This document shows, in pieces, positions 33,093-43,102 of a stretch of 64,000 bases of DNA. Position 1 is the stretch's first letter; each line of letters starts with the position of its first letter. This stretch comes from an uncultured Acidobacteriota bacterium (GTDB lineage: Bacteria; Acidobacteriota; Vicinamibacteria; Fen-336), in contig CAWFSB010000033.1 in assembly GCA_963818355.1 (NCBI GenBank), positions 18,266-82,265 on the forward strand, read 5' to 3'. Both the position numbers and the translations under genes were made by a program. A model generated the notes under the pieces. It did not search any database. It was not told the DNA's origin and saw only the letters and a list, made by a program, of their open reading frames with translations.

Positions 33093-33560
33093 ATGCGGTG
33101 GCTGCGCCGGACGAGGCAGATCCTGCTCCACGTCGAGGACAGCCCCTCGCGAGTGGCGCTCGCGTTCGCGCTGGGCGTCTTCATCGCGTTCTTTCCCCTC
33201 CTCGGGATCCACACGGGCCTCGCGATCGTGATCGCGGTCGCCTTCCGCCTGAACAAGGTGGCGATCCTCGTCGGGGCCTGGACCAACAACCCCTGGACGA
33301 TCGCGCCCATGTACACCGCGGGCACGCTCCTGGGCTGCTTCGTCCTCGGCGTGTCGCCCGCGAGCCTCGGGGAGATCGACTGGAGCCTGAGCGGGCGGGA
33401 GTTCTACGCCTCGCTCGCGGCGGGCCTGCGCCCGCTGCTGATGCCCTTCGTCGTGGGCAACCTGCTCCTGGGCGCGGCGGCCGCCGCCGTGTCGTTCCTG
33501 GCCCTGCGCTCTCTCCTGACGCGGCGAGCGCGCACGGCCGCCCGCCTCGAGACGCGGTGA
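33093..33560 (+). CDS. DUF2062 domain membrane protein
   Basis: SPSRVALAFALGVFIAFFP.. and GAWTNNPWT. Confidence 0.85.
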   Translation: MRWLRRTRQILLHVEDSPSRVALAFALGVFIAFFPLLGIHTGLAIVIAVAFRLNKVAILVGAWTNNPWTIAPMYTAGTLLGCFVLGVSPASLGEIDWSLSGREFYASLAAGLRPLLMPFVVGNLLLGAAAAAVSFLALRSLLTRRARTAARLETR

Positions 33561-33568
33561 GAAGTCCG

Positions 33569-35029
33569 TCAGGCCGAGGGGGCGAGCTCGTGGTGGCGCG
33601 TCGTCTTCTGGTAGGCGGCGCCCGCGCGGAGGAGCGTCGCCTCGTCGAACGGGCGGCCGAGAAGCTGAAGGCCGACGGGCAGGCCCGCGGCGAGGCCGCA
33701 GGGGAGCGACAGGCCCGGGAGGCCTGCCAGGTTCGCGGGCACGGTGAAGATGTCGGCCAGGTACATCTGCAGCGGGTCCCCGGTCTTCTCGCCGAGGCGG
33801 AAGGCCGCGGTGGGCGTCGTGGGAGTGGCGATCACGTCGCAGGCCTCGAACGCGGCGTCGAAGTCGCGCCGGATGAGGGTGCGCACCTTCTGGGCGCGGA
33901 GGTAGTAGGCGTCGTAGTAGCCCGACGAGAGCGCGAACGTGCCGAGGATGATCCGGCGCTTCACCTCCGCCCCGAAGCCGAGGTCGCGCGTCTCGCCGTA
34001 GAGGCCCTTCAGGTCGTGCATCCCGGGCGCGCGCCGCCCGTAGCGCACGCCGTCGTAGCGGGCGAGGTTGCTCGACGCCTCGGCGGTCGCGACGAGGTAG
34101 TAGGTCGCGATCGCGTGCGGGAGGTGGGGGAGCGACGCCTCGACGAGGGTGGCGCCTTTCGACTCGAGGGCCTGGAGCGACTCGCGGAATCGGGCCATCG
34201 TCTCCGTCTCGACGCCCTCGGCGAGGAAGGCCCAGGGCACGCCGACCCGGAGGCCCCGGGCGTCCCCGGCGAGGGCCCCGGCGAGGTCGGGGAGGGCCGC
34301 GCTCGCGCTCGTGGCGTCGTGCGGGTCGTGGCCGAAGAGAACCGAGCAGACGAGGGCTGTGTCTTCGACGGTGCGGGCGAACGGTCCCACCTGGTCGAGA
34401 GAGGAAGCAAAGGCCACGAGCCCGTAGCGGCTCACGCGACCCCAGGTCGGCTTGAGGCCCACGACACCGCACAGCGCCGCGGGCTGGCGGATCGAGCCGC
34501 CGGTGTCGGTGCCGAGGGCGACGGGCACCATCCGCGCGGCCACCGCGGCGGCCGACCCGCCCGAGGAGCCGCCCGGCACGCGCCCGGTGTCCCACGGGTT
34601 GCGGGTCGCCTTCCACGCGCTGTTCTCCGTGGACGAGCCCATGGCGAACTCGTCCATGTTCGTCTTGCCGACCACGATCGCGCCCGCGGCCTCGAGCCGC
34701 GCGACCGCGGTCGCGGCGAAGGGCGGGAGATAGCCCTCGAGGACGCGCGAACCGCACGTGGTGGGGAGGCCTTCGACGTGCAGGACGTCCTTGACCGCCA
34801 GCGGGACGCCGGCCAGAGGCGGGGCGGGCTCGCCGGCGGCGAGCGCGGCGTCGAGCCGCCGGGCGCGGTCGAGGGCGCGCTCGGCCGAGACGAGGAGGAA
34901 GGCATCGATCGCGGGCTCGGTCGAGGCGATGCGGTCGAGGTGGCCGCGCACGACCTCCTCGCAGGAGACCTCGCGGGCGGCGACCCGGCCGCGGATCTCC
35001 GAGGCGCTCGTCCCGACGAGGGCGCTCAT
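33569..35029 (-). CDS. gatA: Glu-tRNA(Gln)/Asp-tRNA(Asn) amidotransferase subunit A
   Basis: Motifs [49 protein letters not shown]. Confidence 0.96.
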   Translation of the reverse strand: MSALVGTSASEIRGRVAAREVSCEEVVRGHLDRIASTEPAIDAFLLVSAERALDRARRLDAALAAGEPAPPLAGVPLAVKDVLHVEGLPTTCGSRVLEGYLPPFAATAVARLEAAGAIVVGKTNMDEFAMGSSTENSAWKATRNPWDTGRVPGGSSGGSAAAVAARMVPVALGTDTGGSIRQPAALCGVVGLKPTWGRVSRYGLVAFASSLDQVGPFARTVEDTALVCSVLFGHDPHDATSASAALPDLAGALAGDARGLRVGVPWAFLAEGVETETMARFRESLQALESKGATLVEASLPHLPHAIATYYLVATAEASSNLARYDGVRYGRRAPGMHDLKGLYGETRDLGFGAEVKRRIILGTFALSSGYYDAYYLRAQKVRTLIRRDFDAAFEACDVIATPTTPTAAFRLGEKTGDPLQMYLADIFTVPANLAGLPGLSLPCGLAAGLPVGLQLLGRPFDEATLLRAGAAYQKTTRHHELAPSA

Positions 35030-35316
35030 CCCCCCATCACCCGCGGCACGCGGAAGAGCCCCTCGGCCGGGTCGGGGGCTCCCTCGAGCACGCTCTCTCG
35101 CTCCAGGCTTCGCTGCGGCTCGTCCTCGCGGAGAGAGGAGGCGTCTCGCGGCTGGCTCATGGGCGGTACGCCCGCGGTGTCGAGGGCCTGGAGCGACTCC
35201 GCCCAGGCGAGGATCTCCTCGAGCTGACGGGCGAAGAGCCGCTTCTCCTCGTCGGTGAGGGAGAGGCGCGCCAGGCGCGCCACGTGGTCGACGGTTTCGA
35301 CGGTCACCCGGGGCAT
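35026..35316 (-). CDS. gatC: Amidotransferase subunit C
   Basis: Motifs [20 protein letters not shown]. Confidence 0.93.
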   Translation of the reverse strand: MPRVTVETVDHVARLARLSLTDEEKRLFARQLEEILAWAESLQALDTAGVPPMSQPRDASSLREDEPQRSLERESVLEGAPDPAEGLFRVPRVMGG

Positions 35317-35368
35317 CAGCGGCTACTTTATACTGCCGGTGCCCGCGGCTGCACCGCGAGGAGGCTCC

Positions 35369-36157
35369 ATGGCTCTCTGCCCTCACTGTCACCACGCACT
35401 GCCCGATTCTCCGGCCGGCCTCTGCCCGAACTGCGGCGGCGACCCGAGACCCGCCTCCGGGCCCCCGCCCTTGCCCCCGGGCCCGGGCCCCGCCGCCGCG
35501 CCGCCTTCGATTCCCTGGGACGCTCGCGACCGGATCGGCCTCGTGAGCGCGCTCGTGGAGACGACGCGGGAGGTGCTGACGAGGCCGAGTGCGTTCTTCC
35601 GCGCCATGCCGGTGGCCGGCGGGCTGGGCTCGCCGCTCCTCTACGCGGTGATCGTCGGCTGGATCGGCCTGGTCGCCTCCGCGTTCTACCAGGCGATCTT
35701 CCGGTCCGTCGTGGGGTCCGGCCTCGGCGCGTTCGGGGCCGAGCGGCCCGAGATCGCGGCCCTCCTGGGCTGGGTCGAAGGCTGGGCCGGCTTCGCGGCC
35801 CAGGCCGTATTCGGGGGCGTGTTCGTGGTGATCGGCGTCTTCCTCGCGGCCGGCATCCTCCACCTCTTCCTGCTGCTGCTGGGCGGGGCGCGCCGCGACT
35901 TCGAGGCGACGTTCCGGGTGGTGAGCTTCGCCCAGGCCACGAGCATCCTCTTCCTCGTTCCCTTCTGCGGCCAGTTCGTCGGCGGCATCTGGACCCTGGT
36001 GCTCTACGTCCTCGGCTTCGCCGAGGCTCACCAGATCGGCCACGGCAAGGCGACGGCCGCGGTGCTCCTGCCGATCGTGCTCCTGTGCTGCTGCTGCGCC
36101 GCGCTCGTCTTCCTCTTCGCGGGAGCGGTCGCCGGGCTCGTCGGGCAGATGCGGTGA
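35369..36157 (+). CDS. YIP1-family membrane protein with N-terminal zinc ribbon
   Basis: CPHC...CPNCG; IPW; [12 protein letters not shown]; FEATFRVV; five transmembrane segments. Confidence 0.8.
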   Translation: MALCPHCHHALPDSPAGLCPNCGGDPRPASGPPPLPPGPGPAAAPPSIPWDARDRIGLVSALVETTREVLTRPSAFFRAMPVAGGLGSPLLYAVIVGWIGLVASAFYQAIFRSVVGSGLGAFGAERPEIAALLGWVEGWAGFAAQAVFGGVFVVIGVFLAAGILHLFLLLLGGARRDFEATFRVVSFAQATSILFLVPFCGQFVGGIWTLVLYVLGFAEAHQIGHGKATAAVLLPIVLLCCCCAALVFLFAGAVAGLVGQMR

Positions 36158-36558
36158 TCCGCCTGGCCGCCCGCTCGAGCGCCCCGCCGCTCGGGGCGAT
36201 CTTCGGGGGCATCGGGCTCCTGGCCGCCGCCGCGGTGTGGCTGCTGCGCCTGGACCGCATCCCGCTCACGCTGTGCGTCTTCAAGGGCCTGACCGGCCTG
36301 CCTTGCCCGACCTGCGGCTCCACCCGCGCGCTCGGGCGCCTCTTCGCTCTCGACTTCGCGGGGGCGCTGGCCATGAACCCCTTCACGACGCTCGTGGCGG
36401 TGCTCGTGGCCGGCTGGGCGGTGGCGGACCTCGCCCTCCTGCCCCGGCGACGGGCGCTCGACCTCGAGGTGCCGAAGCCGATCGGCTTCGCCCTGCGCGT
36501 GGCGGCTCTCCTCCTCTTCCTGGCGAACTGGGTCTACCTGATCGCCGCCGGGCGCTGA
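36154..36558 (+). CDS. DUF2752 domain protein
   Basis: [19 protein letters not shown]...ALAMNP. Confidence 0.88.
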   Translation: MIRLAARSSAPPLGAIFGGIGLLAAAAVWLLRLDRIPLTLCVFKGLTGLPCPTCGSTRALGRLFALDFAGALAMNPFTTLVAVLVAGWAVADLALLPRRRALDLEVPKPIGFALRVAALLLFLANWVYLIAAGR

Positions 36559-36594
36559 CGGGGAGAGCGGGCCGTCGCATATACTCGGATCCGC

Positions 36595-37589
36595 ATGGAC
36601 GGAGAAGCGCGCCCCGGGATCTCGATCGTCGTCCCGCTCTACAACGAGGTCCTGAACCTCGAGGACCTGCACCGCCAGCTCACGGCCGCCCTCGAGCCGA
36701 CGGGCCGCTCGTTCGAGCTGGTGCTGGTCGACGACGGGAGCACCGACGGCACGCGGGAGAGCCTGCTCGCGCTGGAGGCGCGCGACCCGCGGGTCCGCGC
36801 GATCCTCCTGCGGCGCAACTTCGGGCAGACCGCGGCCTTCTCGGCGGGCTTCGACCGCTCGCGCGGCGACGTGGTCGTCACCTCGGACGGCGACCTGCAG
36901 AACGACCCTGCTCGACATCCCGCGCCTCGTCGAGAAGCTCGAGCAGGACGACCTCGACATGGTCTGCGGCTGGCGGAGGGAACGCCACGACCCGCTGTCG
37001 AAGCGCGTTCCCTCCTTCTTCGCCAACCGGCTCATCTCGTGGGCGACCGGCGTGCGGCTGCACGACTACGGCTGCTCGCTCAAGGCCATGCGGGGCGAGG
37101 TGGCGCGGGGCATCCGGCTCTACGGCGAGATGCACCGCTTCATCCCGGCGGTGGCCTCGTGGATGGGCGTGAGCCTCGCGGAGGTGCCGGTCAACCACCG
37201 CCCGCGCACCCGCGGGCAGAGCAAGTACGGGATCGGCCGCACGGTGCGGGTGCTGCTCGACCTCTTCACGGTCAAGTTCCTCCACTCCTACGGCACGCGG
37301 CCGGCGCACCTCTTCGGGCTGGTCGGCCTCGCGCTCGGGGCGAGCGGCTCGGCCATCCTCGCCTACCTCGCCGTCCTCAAGATCTTCTTCGACGAGGCGA
37401 TCGGCGGGCGGCCCGCTGCTGCTCCTCGGCGCGCTGCTCTTCCTGACGGGGGTCATTCTCGTCAGCTTCGGCCTGATGGGCGAGCTCCTCGTGCGCACCT
37501 GGCACGAGAGCCAGGGCAAGCCCATCTACGTCGTGCAGGAGCGGCGGCCGGGGAAGAACGGGGAGCCGCGCGCGGCCTCGAGCCGTTGA
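36595..37589 (+). CDS. GT2 polyprenol-phosphate glycosyltransferase (ArnC/GtrB-like; frameshifted)
   Basis: Motifs SIVVPLYNE, VDDGSTD, RNFGQTAA, DGDLQNDP, LHDYGCSLK, GEMHRFIP; two C-terminal transmembrane helices. Confidence 0.9.
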
Positions 37590-38857
37590 CCCGCGTCCTC
37601 TTCCTCGCCGAGTCGTTCCACCCGGTGCTGGGCGGAGGCGAGACCCACGTCCGACGGCTCGGCTCGGCCCTCGTGGCGGCGGGAGACGCGGCCACCGTGG
37701 TGACGCGCCGGGCCGATTCGGCGTGGCCGGCCGAGGAGCGGCTGGACGGCATCCGCGTCGTGCGGGTGCCGCCTCCCGGGCCCGGGCGGACGGGCAAGTT
37801 CCTCATGCTGCCGGCGGCGGTGGGGGCGTTGCTCCGCGAGGCGCCGGGCCACGACGTCGTCGTCGTTCGCGGCACGCGCGTGCTGGGCCTGCCGGGCCTC
37901 GTGGCGTCGCGCGCGTCCGGCGTGCCCGTCGTGATGCAGCCGGAAACGAACGGCGAGCTCAGCGGAGAGGCCTGGACGTGGGGCAAGGCCTGGGCCGGCG
38001 GGCCCGCGGGCCGGCTCGCCACCGCAGCCACGGCCCTGCGCAACCGCTGGCTGCGGGACGCCGACGCCTTCGTCGCGATGTCCCGGGCGATCCGGGACGA
38101 GATGCTCGGGGCCGGCATCCCCGGCGAGCGGATCGTGCTGCTGCCCCACGGGGTGGACACGGAGCGCTTCCGGCCCGCGACGGTCGACGAGAAGCTCGCG
38201 CTCCGGCGCGAGCTGGGCCTTCCGGAGGGCGTCCTGGCCGTGTACTCGGGGCGCCTGCTGCGGGGCAAGGGGCTCGAGACGCTCGTCGACGCCTTCGCCG
38301 CCATCGCCGAGAGGGCGGCCGGCCTGGGCCTGGTGCTGGTCGGCTCGGGCGAGGGCCAGGCCCTCTCGATCGAGGACGAGCTGCGTCGCCGCGTCGCCGA
38401 GCGCGGCCTCGGCGCGCGGATCGCCTTCGCGGGACGGCAGGAGCGCGTGGAGGACTACCTGCGCGCGGCCGACGTCTTCGCCTTCCCGTCGCTGTTCGAG
38501 GCGCTCGGCATTTCCCTCGTCGAGGCGGCGGCCTGCGCCCTGCCCGCCGTCGCCTCCCGGACCGGCGGGATCGTGGACGTGGTCGAGGACGGGGTCTCGG
38601 GACGGCTCGTGGAGCCCGGCGACGTCCCCGCGCTCTCCGAGGCCCTGCTCGGCCTCGCCGGCGACCCTGCCCTGCGCTCCCGGATGGGGCGCGAGGCGCG
38701 CGCCATCGCCCTCGCACGCTTCGACGAGCGCGACGGGGTCGAGCGCTACCGGGCCCTCTTCCGCGAGGTCAGTTCTCCGCGGGCTTCCTCATCCCCGAAG
38801 GCACGTGCTCCTCGTGCAGGTGGAGCTCCTCCTCCATCACCGGCTGCTCGAGCTTGA
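37586..38857 (+). CDS. GT4 family glycosyltransferase
   Basis: Motifs FHPVLGGGETH, PHGVD, YSGRLLRGKG, FPSLFEALGISLVEA. Confidence 0.9.
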   Translation: MTRVLFLAESFHPVLGGGETHVRRLGSALVAAGDAATVVTRRADSAWPAEERLDGIRVVRVPPPGPGRTGKFLMLPAAVGALLREAPGHDVVVVRGTRVLGLPGLVASRASGVPVVMQPETNGELSGEAWTWGKAWAGGPAGRLATAATALRNRWLRDADAFVAMSRAIRDEMLGAGIPGERIVLLPHGVDTERFRPATVDEKLALRRELGLPEGVLAVYSGRLLRGKGLETLVDAFAAIAERAAGLGLVLVGSGEGQALSIEDELRRRVAERGLGARIAFAGRQERVEDYLRAADVFAFPSLFEALGISLVEAAACALPAVASRTGGIVDVVEDGVSGRLVEPGDVPALSEALLGLAGDPALRSRMGREARAIALARFDERDGVERYRALFREVSSPRASSSPKARAPRAGGAPPPSPAARA

Positions 38858-39955
38858 AGGAGAAGTACAGCGCGAGCAGGATGACCGTCAGGAACACCCC
38901 GATGAAGTGGACCCAGAGGTAGCGGGTCACGCTCTCGATCGGGGCCAGGGCCTCGGAGAGGTCCTGCTCGACCGTCACCATCCAGCTCACGTCGGGAATC
39001 TGGTCGATGGGGGAGAAGCCGACGAGGCGGGCGGGCTCGACCAGCACCTCGCGGCCGGATTCGTCCTTGCCCTTCACGTCGGGGATCGTCCAGTAGCCCC
39101 GGCGCGGTCCCGTCCGGCCGAAGATCTGCTCGCCCGGACTCGCCCAGGGGGAAGCCCTCCACGGCGTTGCGCAGCGAGTCGAAGCCCGGGAACGGCACCT
39201 TCAGGATGCGCTCGCTCTCGTCCGAGGCGAGGACCATGCCGTCGGTCGAGCGGATGAGGGAGGCGTGGCCCGTGCGGCCGATGCGCACGGGGGCGAGCAC
39301 CGTGTAGAGATCGCTGGCGTCGACGAGGGCCCGGACGGCCCCGAGCCAGACGTCCTCCCGGTTCCGGACGGGGAAGGCGATCTCGAGGAGATTCACGGTC
39401 GAGCCCGCGGCGCGGTAGAGCTGGCCCAGGTGCACCTCGGGCTCGCCCTCCTGGCGCCGAGAGGTCCTTGAACCACTCGCTCTCGGCGTAGAAGAGGCGC
39501 CCGCCCCGGCTCGACGTGGCCAACACGCGGCCGTTGGTGTCGACGATCTGCACTTGCTTGATCGAGGGGCGCACGAGGCCCAGCGGCTTCAGCCGGGCCG
39601 CGAGCGGCGACTCGAGGAGCGAGGCATTGAGCTTCGCGTCCTTCCCGGAGGCCCAGGCCTGCTCGAGCTGTCGCGCGTCGGCCTCGGGGACGGGGCGCGC
39701 GGGTGCGGCGAGGGCCTGCTGAACGTCCGGGTCCAGGGCGAGGACCCGCAGCTGGACGACGTGCTCGCCCACGTACTGCTCGAGGGCGAGCTTGGTCTGG
39801 ACCGCCCGCTGCTCGAGGCTCACGCCGACCGACTCGCGCAACTGGTTCTTCGCCTGGTTGACGACGATGAAGGACCCGAAGGCGACGAAGGGCATTGCCG
39901 CGAAGAAGAACGCCGTCAGTACCCGGGTGTCCAGGGTGTACCGCTGCTTGGCCAT
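38769..39955 (-). CDS. Two-TM periplasmic Cache-domain sensor without cytoplasmic output domain (frameshifted)
   Basis: TM1; IVDTNGRVLA, SEWF, EIAFPVR, RIGRTGHASLI, SWMVTVEQD; TM2; about 28-aa tail. Confidence 0.7.
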
Positions 39956-40187
39956 GGCTGCCTCCCCTAGAGGGCGAAGAGCCCGGCCGCGACTCTCGGG
40001 GGAGGCCCCCGGGGGCGGCGACCCCGGGAGGGCGTTCCGGGCTCGGTGCCTGCCGTCCGCTACGGCTACGGTGCGCTGGCAGGAGCCTAGGCCGCGGGCC
40101 CTCGCCCCGTCAAGGGAATCCGGCGGCTCAGGGCATGATTCGATCGGCTCACGGCGAACGCGCCGGTGCCCTTACACTCAGGCTCTC

Positions 40188-41168
40188 ATGCGCGTGGCAC
40201 TGACGGGCGCGTCCGGGTACACCGGCGGCCGCCTCCTCGCGGCGCTGCGGGAACGGGGCGAGGACGTGGCCGTCCTCGTGCGCAAGGCGTCCGTCTCCGC
40301 GGCGATCCGCTCGCTCGCATCGAAGGTGGTGGAAGGGGACCTCGGTGACGCCGCGGCCGCCTCGCGCCTCGTCGAAGGCGCGGACGCGGTCGTGCACGTG
40401 GCGGCCGTCTACCGCACCGCCGGCCACCCGGACTCGTACTACCGCGAGATCAACGTCGGCGGCACCGCGAGGCTACTGGAGGCGGCCGTGCGCCAGGGCG
40501 TCCGGCGCTTCGTCCACACGTCGACGGTGGGTGTCCACGGCCACGTCGAGCACCCCCCGGCCGACGAGACCGCCCCTTTCGCCCCCGGCGACATCTACCA
40601 GGCCACGAAGGCGGAGGCCGAGGCCCTGGCCCTCGATTTCCACCGCCGGCACGGCGTTCCCGTCGCCGTGGTGCGCCCGGGCGCCATCTACGGGCCGGGG
40701 GAGACGCGCTTCCTGAAGCTCTTCCGCGCCATCGCGCGGGGCCGCTACGCGATCGTGGGCACCGGCCGCACCTTCTACCACCCGGTCTACATCGACGACC
40801 TGGTGAGCGGGTTCCTGCTCGCCCTGGACCGGCCCGAGGCGGTGGGGGAGTCCTTCCTGATCTGCGGCCCGTCCTACGTGTCGCAGGCGGACCTCGCCGC
40901 CCTCGTGGCGAAGCACACCGGCGGTCGCGTCCTTCCCTTCCGGATCCCCGCGCGCCCGATCCAGTGGGCCGGGGACCTCGTCGAGGCGGTCTGCGTGCCG
41001 CTCGGCCTCGAGCCCCCCCTCCACCGGCGGCGGGTGGACTTCTGGACGAAGAGCCGGGCCTTCACGATCGACAAGGCGCGGCGCCTCCTCGGGTACGAGC
41101 CGAAGGTGGACCTCGACGAGGGGATCGCGCGCACGGCGGCGTCCTACCGGGAGGCCGGGTGGCTCTAG
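40188..41168 (+). CDS. NAD-dependent epimerase/dehydratase (extended SDR)
   Basis: Motifs TGASGYTG, YQATK, RPGAIYGP, YIDDL. Confidence 0.9.
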   Translation: MRVALTGASGYTGGRLLAALRERGEDVAVLVRKASVSAAIRSLASKVVEGDLGDAAAASRLVEGADAVVHVAAVYRTAGHPDSYYREINVGGTARLLEAAVRQGVRRFVHTSTVGVHGHVEHPPADETAPFAPGDIYQATKAEAEALALDFHRRHGVPVAVVRPGAIYGPGETRFLKLFRAIARGRYAIVGTGRTFYHPVYIDDLVSGFLLALDRPEAVGESFLICGPSYVSQADLAALVAKHTGGRVLPFRIPARPIQWAGDLVEAVCVPLGLEPPLHRRRVDFWTKSRAFTIDKARRLLGYEPKVDLDEGIARTAASYREAGWL

Positions 41169-43102
41169 ACGAGACGCCAGCCCCCGCGCAGCGGGACGGG
41201 CACGCGGGCGCGAGGCGGGTGCTCGCGCTCCTGAGCCTCGCGATCGTGGGAACGACGCTCTGGCTGGACCTTCCCCGCGCGTCGCAGGGCGAGTTCTGGG
41301 GCGACGGGGCGACCTACTACGCGATGGCCTGGAGCCTCGCGCGCGACCTCGACCTGCGGTTCGACGCGGGGGACCTCGCGCGCGTCCGCGCGGAGTACCC
41401 GAGCGGCCCGCAGGGGATCTTCTTGAAGCGGGCGAGCGGCGGCCTGACGGTGGATGCCGCGGCCGGGTTCCCGTGGGTGCGGCGGGTGCGCGCCGACGAG
41501 GGGCGGCTCTACTACGCGAAGGCCTTCGCGCACCCGCTGGCCGCGGCCCCGCTCGTGGCCGCCTTCGGGACGCGCGGCCTCCTGCTGGCGAACGGCCTGC
41601 TGCTCTCGGGCGCCCTGTGGCTCGCGTTCTTCGTCCTGCGGCGGCGCGGGGTCGCCCCGTGGCCGGCCCTGTCCACGGCCGTCGCCCTCCTGCTCTTCAC
41701 CGTGACGCCGGTCTACCTGGTCTGGCCCACCCCGGAGATCTTCGGCCTCGCCCTGGTCACGGCGGGGCTCGCCGCCTGGGCCTCCGGCCGGCCGCTCCTC
41801 GCCGCCGTTCTCTTCGGCGTGGCCGGGTACCTGAAGCCTCCGAACGTCCTCATGGCCGCTCCCCTCGGCCTCGAGCCGCTCCTGCCGCGCGAAGGCGAGA
41901 GGCTCACGGGCCCCGGCCTGCGGCGCGGCCTCGGTGAGTCGCTGCGGCGCGGCGGGGTCCTCCTGCTGACCGCGGCGAGCCTCTACGGGGTGAATGCCGC
42001 CATCACGGGTGAGGTCAACTACCAGGGTGGCGAGCGCAAGACCTTCTACGGCCGATTTCCGCTCGACGCGACCGGGGCGAGCTTCGACGACAGCGGCGTG
42101 TGGATGACGACCAACCAGCTGGGCCCCCTCGTGGCCGGCCGCGACGAGGAGAAGGTCACGGTGGCGAGCGGGCCGGCGCGCGACGCGGGCGAGATCCGGG
42201 AGTCGTTTCTCTGGAACCTCGGCTACTTCTGGGCGGGCCGCTTCGGAGGTGCGTTCGCGTACTTCTTCCCGGCGGTGCTGGCGCTCGCCCTCTTCCTCGC
42301 CCGCGGGCCGCGGGACCGCGCGGGCTGGCTGGCGCTCGTCGCGATCTCGCTGTCCTGGCTCGCCTACATCTCCCAGATCCCCGACAACTGGTACGGCGGG
42401 GGCGGCACGGTGGGGAATCGCTACTTCCTGGCGGTGCTGCCGGCCTTCCTGCTCCTGGTGCCGGCGCGTCGCGCGTGGTGGGTGAGCGCGGGGTCCGTGG
42501 TCGCGGCGGCGGTGTTCCTGGCGCCGGTCCTCGCCTCGCCGGTCGCGCACTCGCTCCGGCCCGGGGCACACGCCACCCGTGGAGCGTTCCGGCTTCTCCC
42601 GGCGGAGCTGACGATGCTGAACGACCTCTCCGTCTTCACGGAGACCTGGCGCAAGAAGCGCCCGTTCGGCTTCGTCGGCAACCCGCAGCGGCCGGCCGAC
42701 CCGGATGCCTACTTCCTCTACTTCCTGGACGACGGCACGTTCGGCAAGGAGGAGTGGGCGGGCCGGGCCGGCTTCTGGCTGCGGGGCGGCGCCTCGGCCG
42801 AGGTCGTGCTCCGGGCCTTCGATCTCGCCCCGGTGGATCGGGTCGTCCTGCGCGTGACCGGCGGACCGCTCGGCGACACGGTCACGGCTCGCCTCGGCTG
42901 GGGATCGCGGCGGGTGAGCGTGGGCCCGGGACAGGTGGCCGAGATCGAGCTCCCGGCCGGGCGGGGGCTTCGCTACTACGACACCTACCTCCACGTCCTG
43001 CGGCTCGAGTCGCGCCGCGGCGCGCCGCTCGCGGACGGCCGCGTGGCCGGCGCATTCGTGGACGCGCGGCTCGTCATGGGCCCGCGGAAGGGCGGCCAGT
43101 GA
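41159..43102 (+). CDS. Polytopic membrane protein, GT-C-like (paralog 1)
   Basis: Motifs FWGDGATYYAMAWSLARD, NYQGGERKTFY, PDNWYGGGGTVGNRYFL; many transmembrane segments; C-terminal beta-rich domain. Confidence 0.7.
   Translation: MALDETPAPAQRDGHAGARRVLALLSLAIVGTTLWLDLPRASQGEFWGDGATYYAMAWSLARDLDLRFDAGDLARVRAEYPSGPQGIFLKRASGGLTVDAAAGFPWVRRVRADEGRLYYAKAFAHPLAAAPLVAAFGTRGLLLANGLLLSGALWLAFFVLRRRGVAPWPALSTAVALLLFTVTPVYLVWPTPEIFGLALVTAGLAAWASGRPLLAAVLFGVAGYLKPPNVLMAAPLGLEPLLPREGERLTGPGLRRGLGESLRRGGVLLLTAASLYGVNAAITGEVNYQGGERKTFYGRFPLDATGASFDDSGVWMTTNQLGPLVAGRDEEKVTVASGPARDAGEIRESFLWNLGYFWAGRFGGAFAYFFPAVLALALFLARGPRDRAGWLALVAISLSWLAYISQIPDNWYGGGGTVGNRYFLAVLPAFLLLVPARRAWWVSAGSVVAAAVFLAPVLASPVAHSLRPGAHATRGAFRLLPAELTMLNDLSVFTETWRKKRPFGFVGNPQRPADPDAYFLYFLDDGTFGKEEWAGRAGFWLRGGASAEVVLRAFDLAPVDRVVLRVTGGPLGDTVTARLGWGSRRVSVGPGQVAEIELPAGRGLRYYDTYLHVLRLESRRGAPLADGRVAGAFVDARLVMGPRKGGQ

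Noticed and set aside
33569-35316. gatCA without gatB
   Set aside because: Split gat operons are common; gatB is probably elsewhere in the genome.
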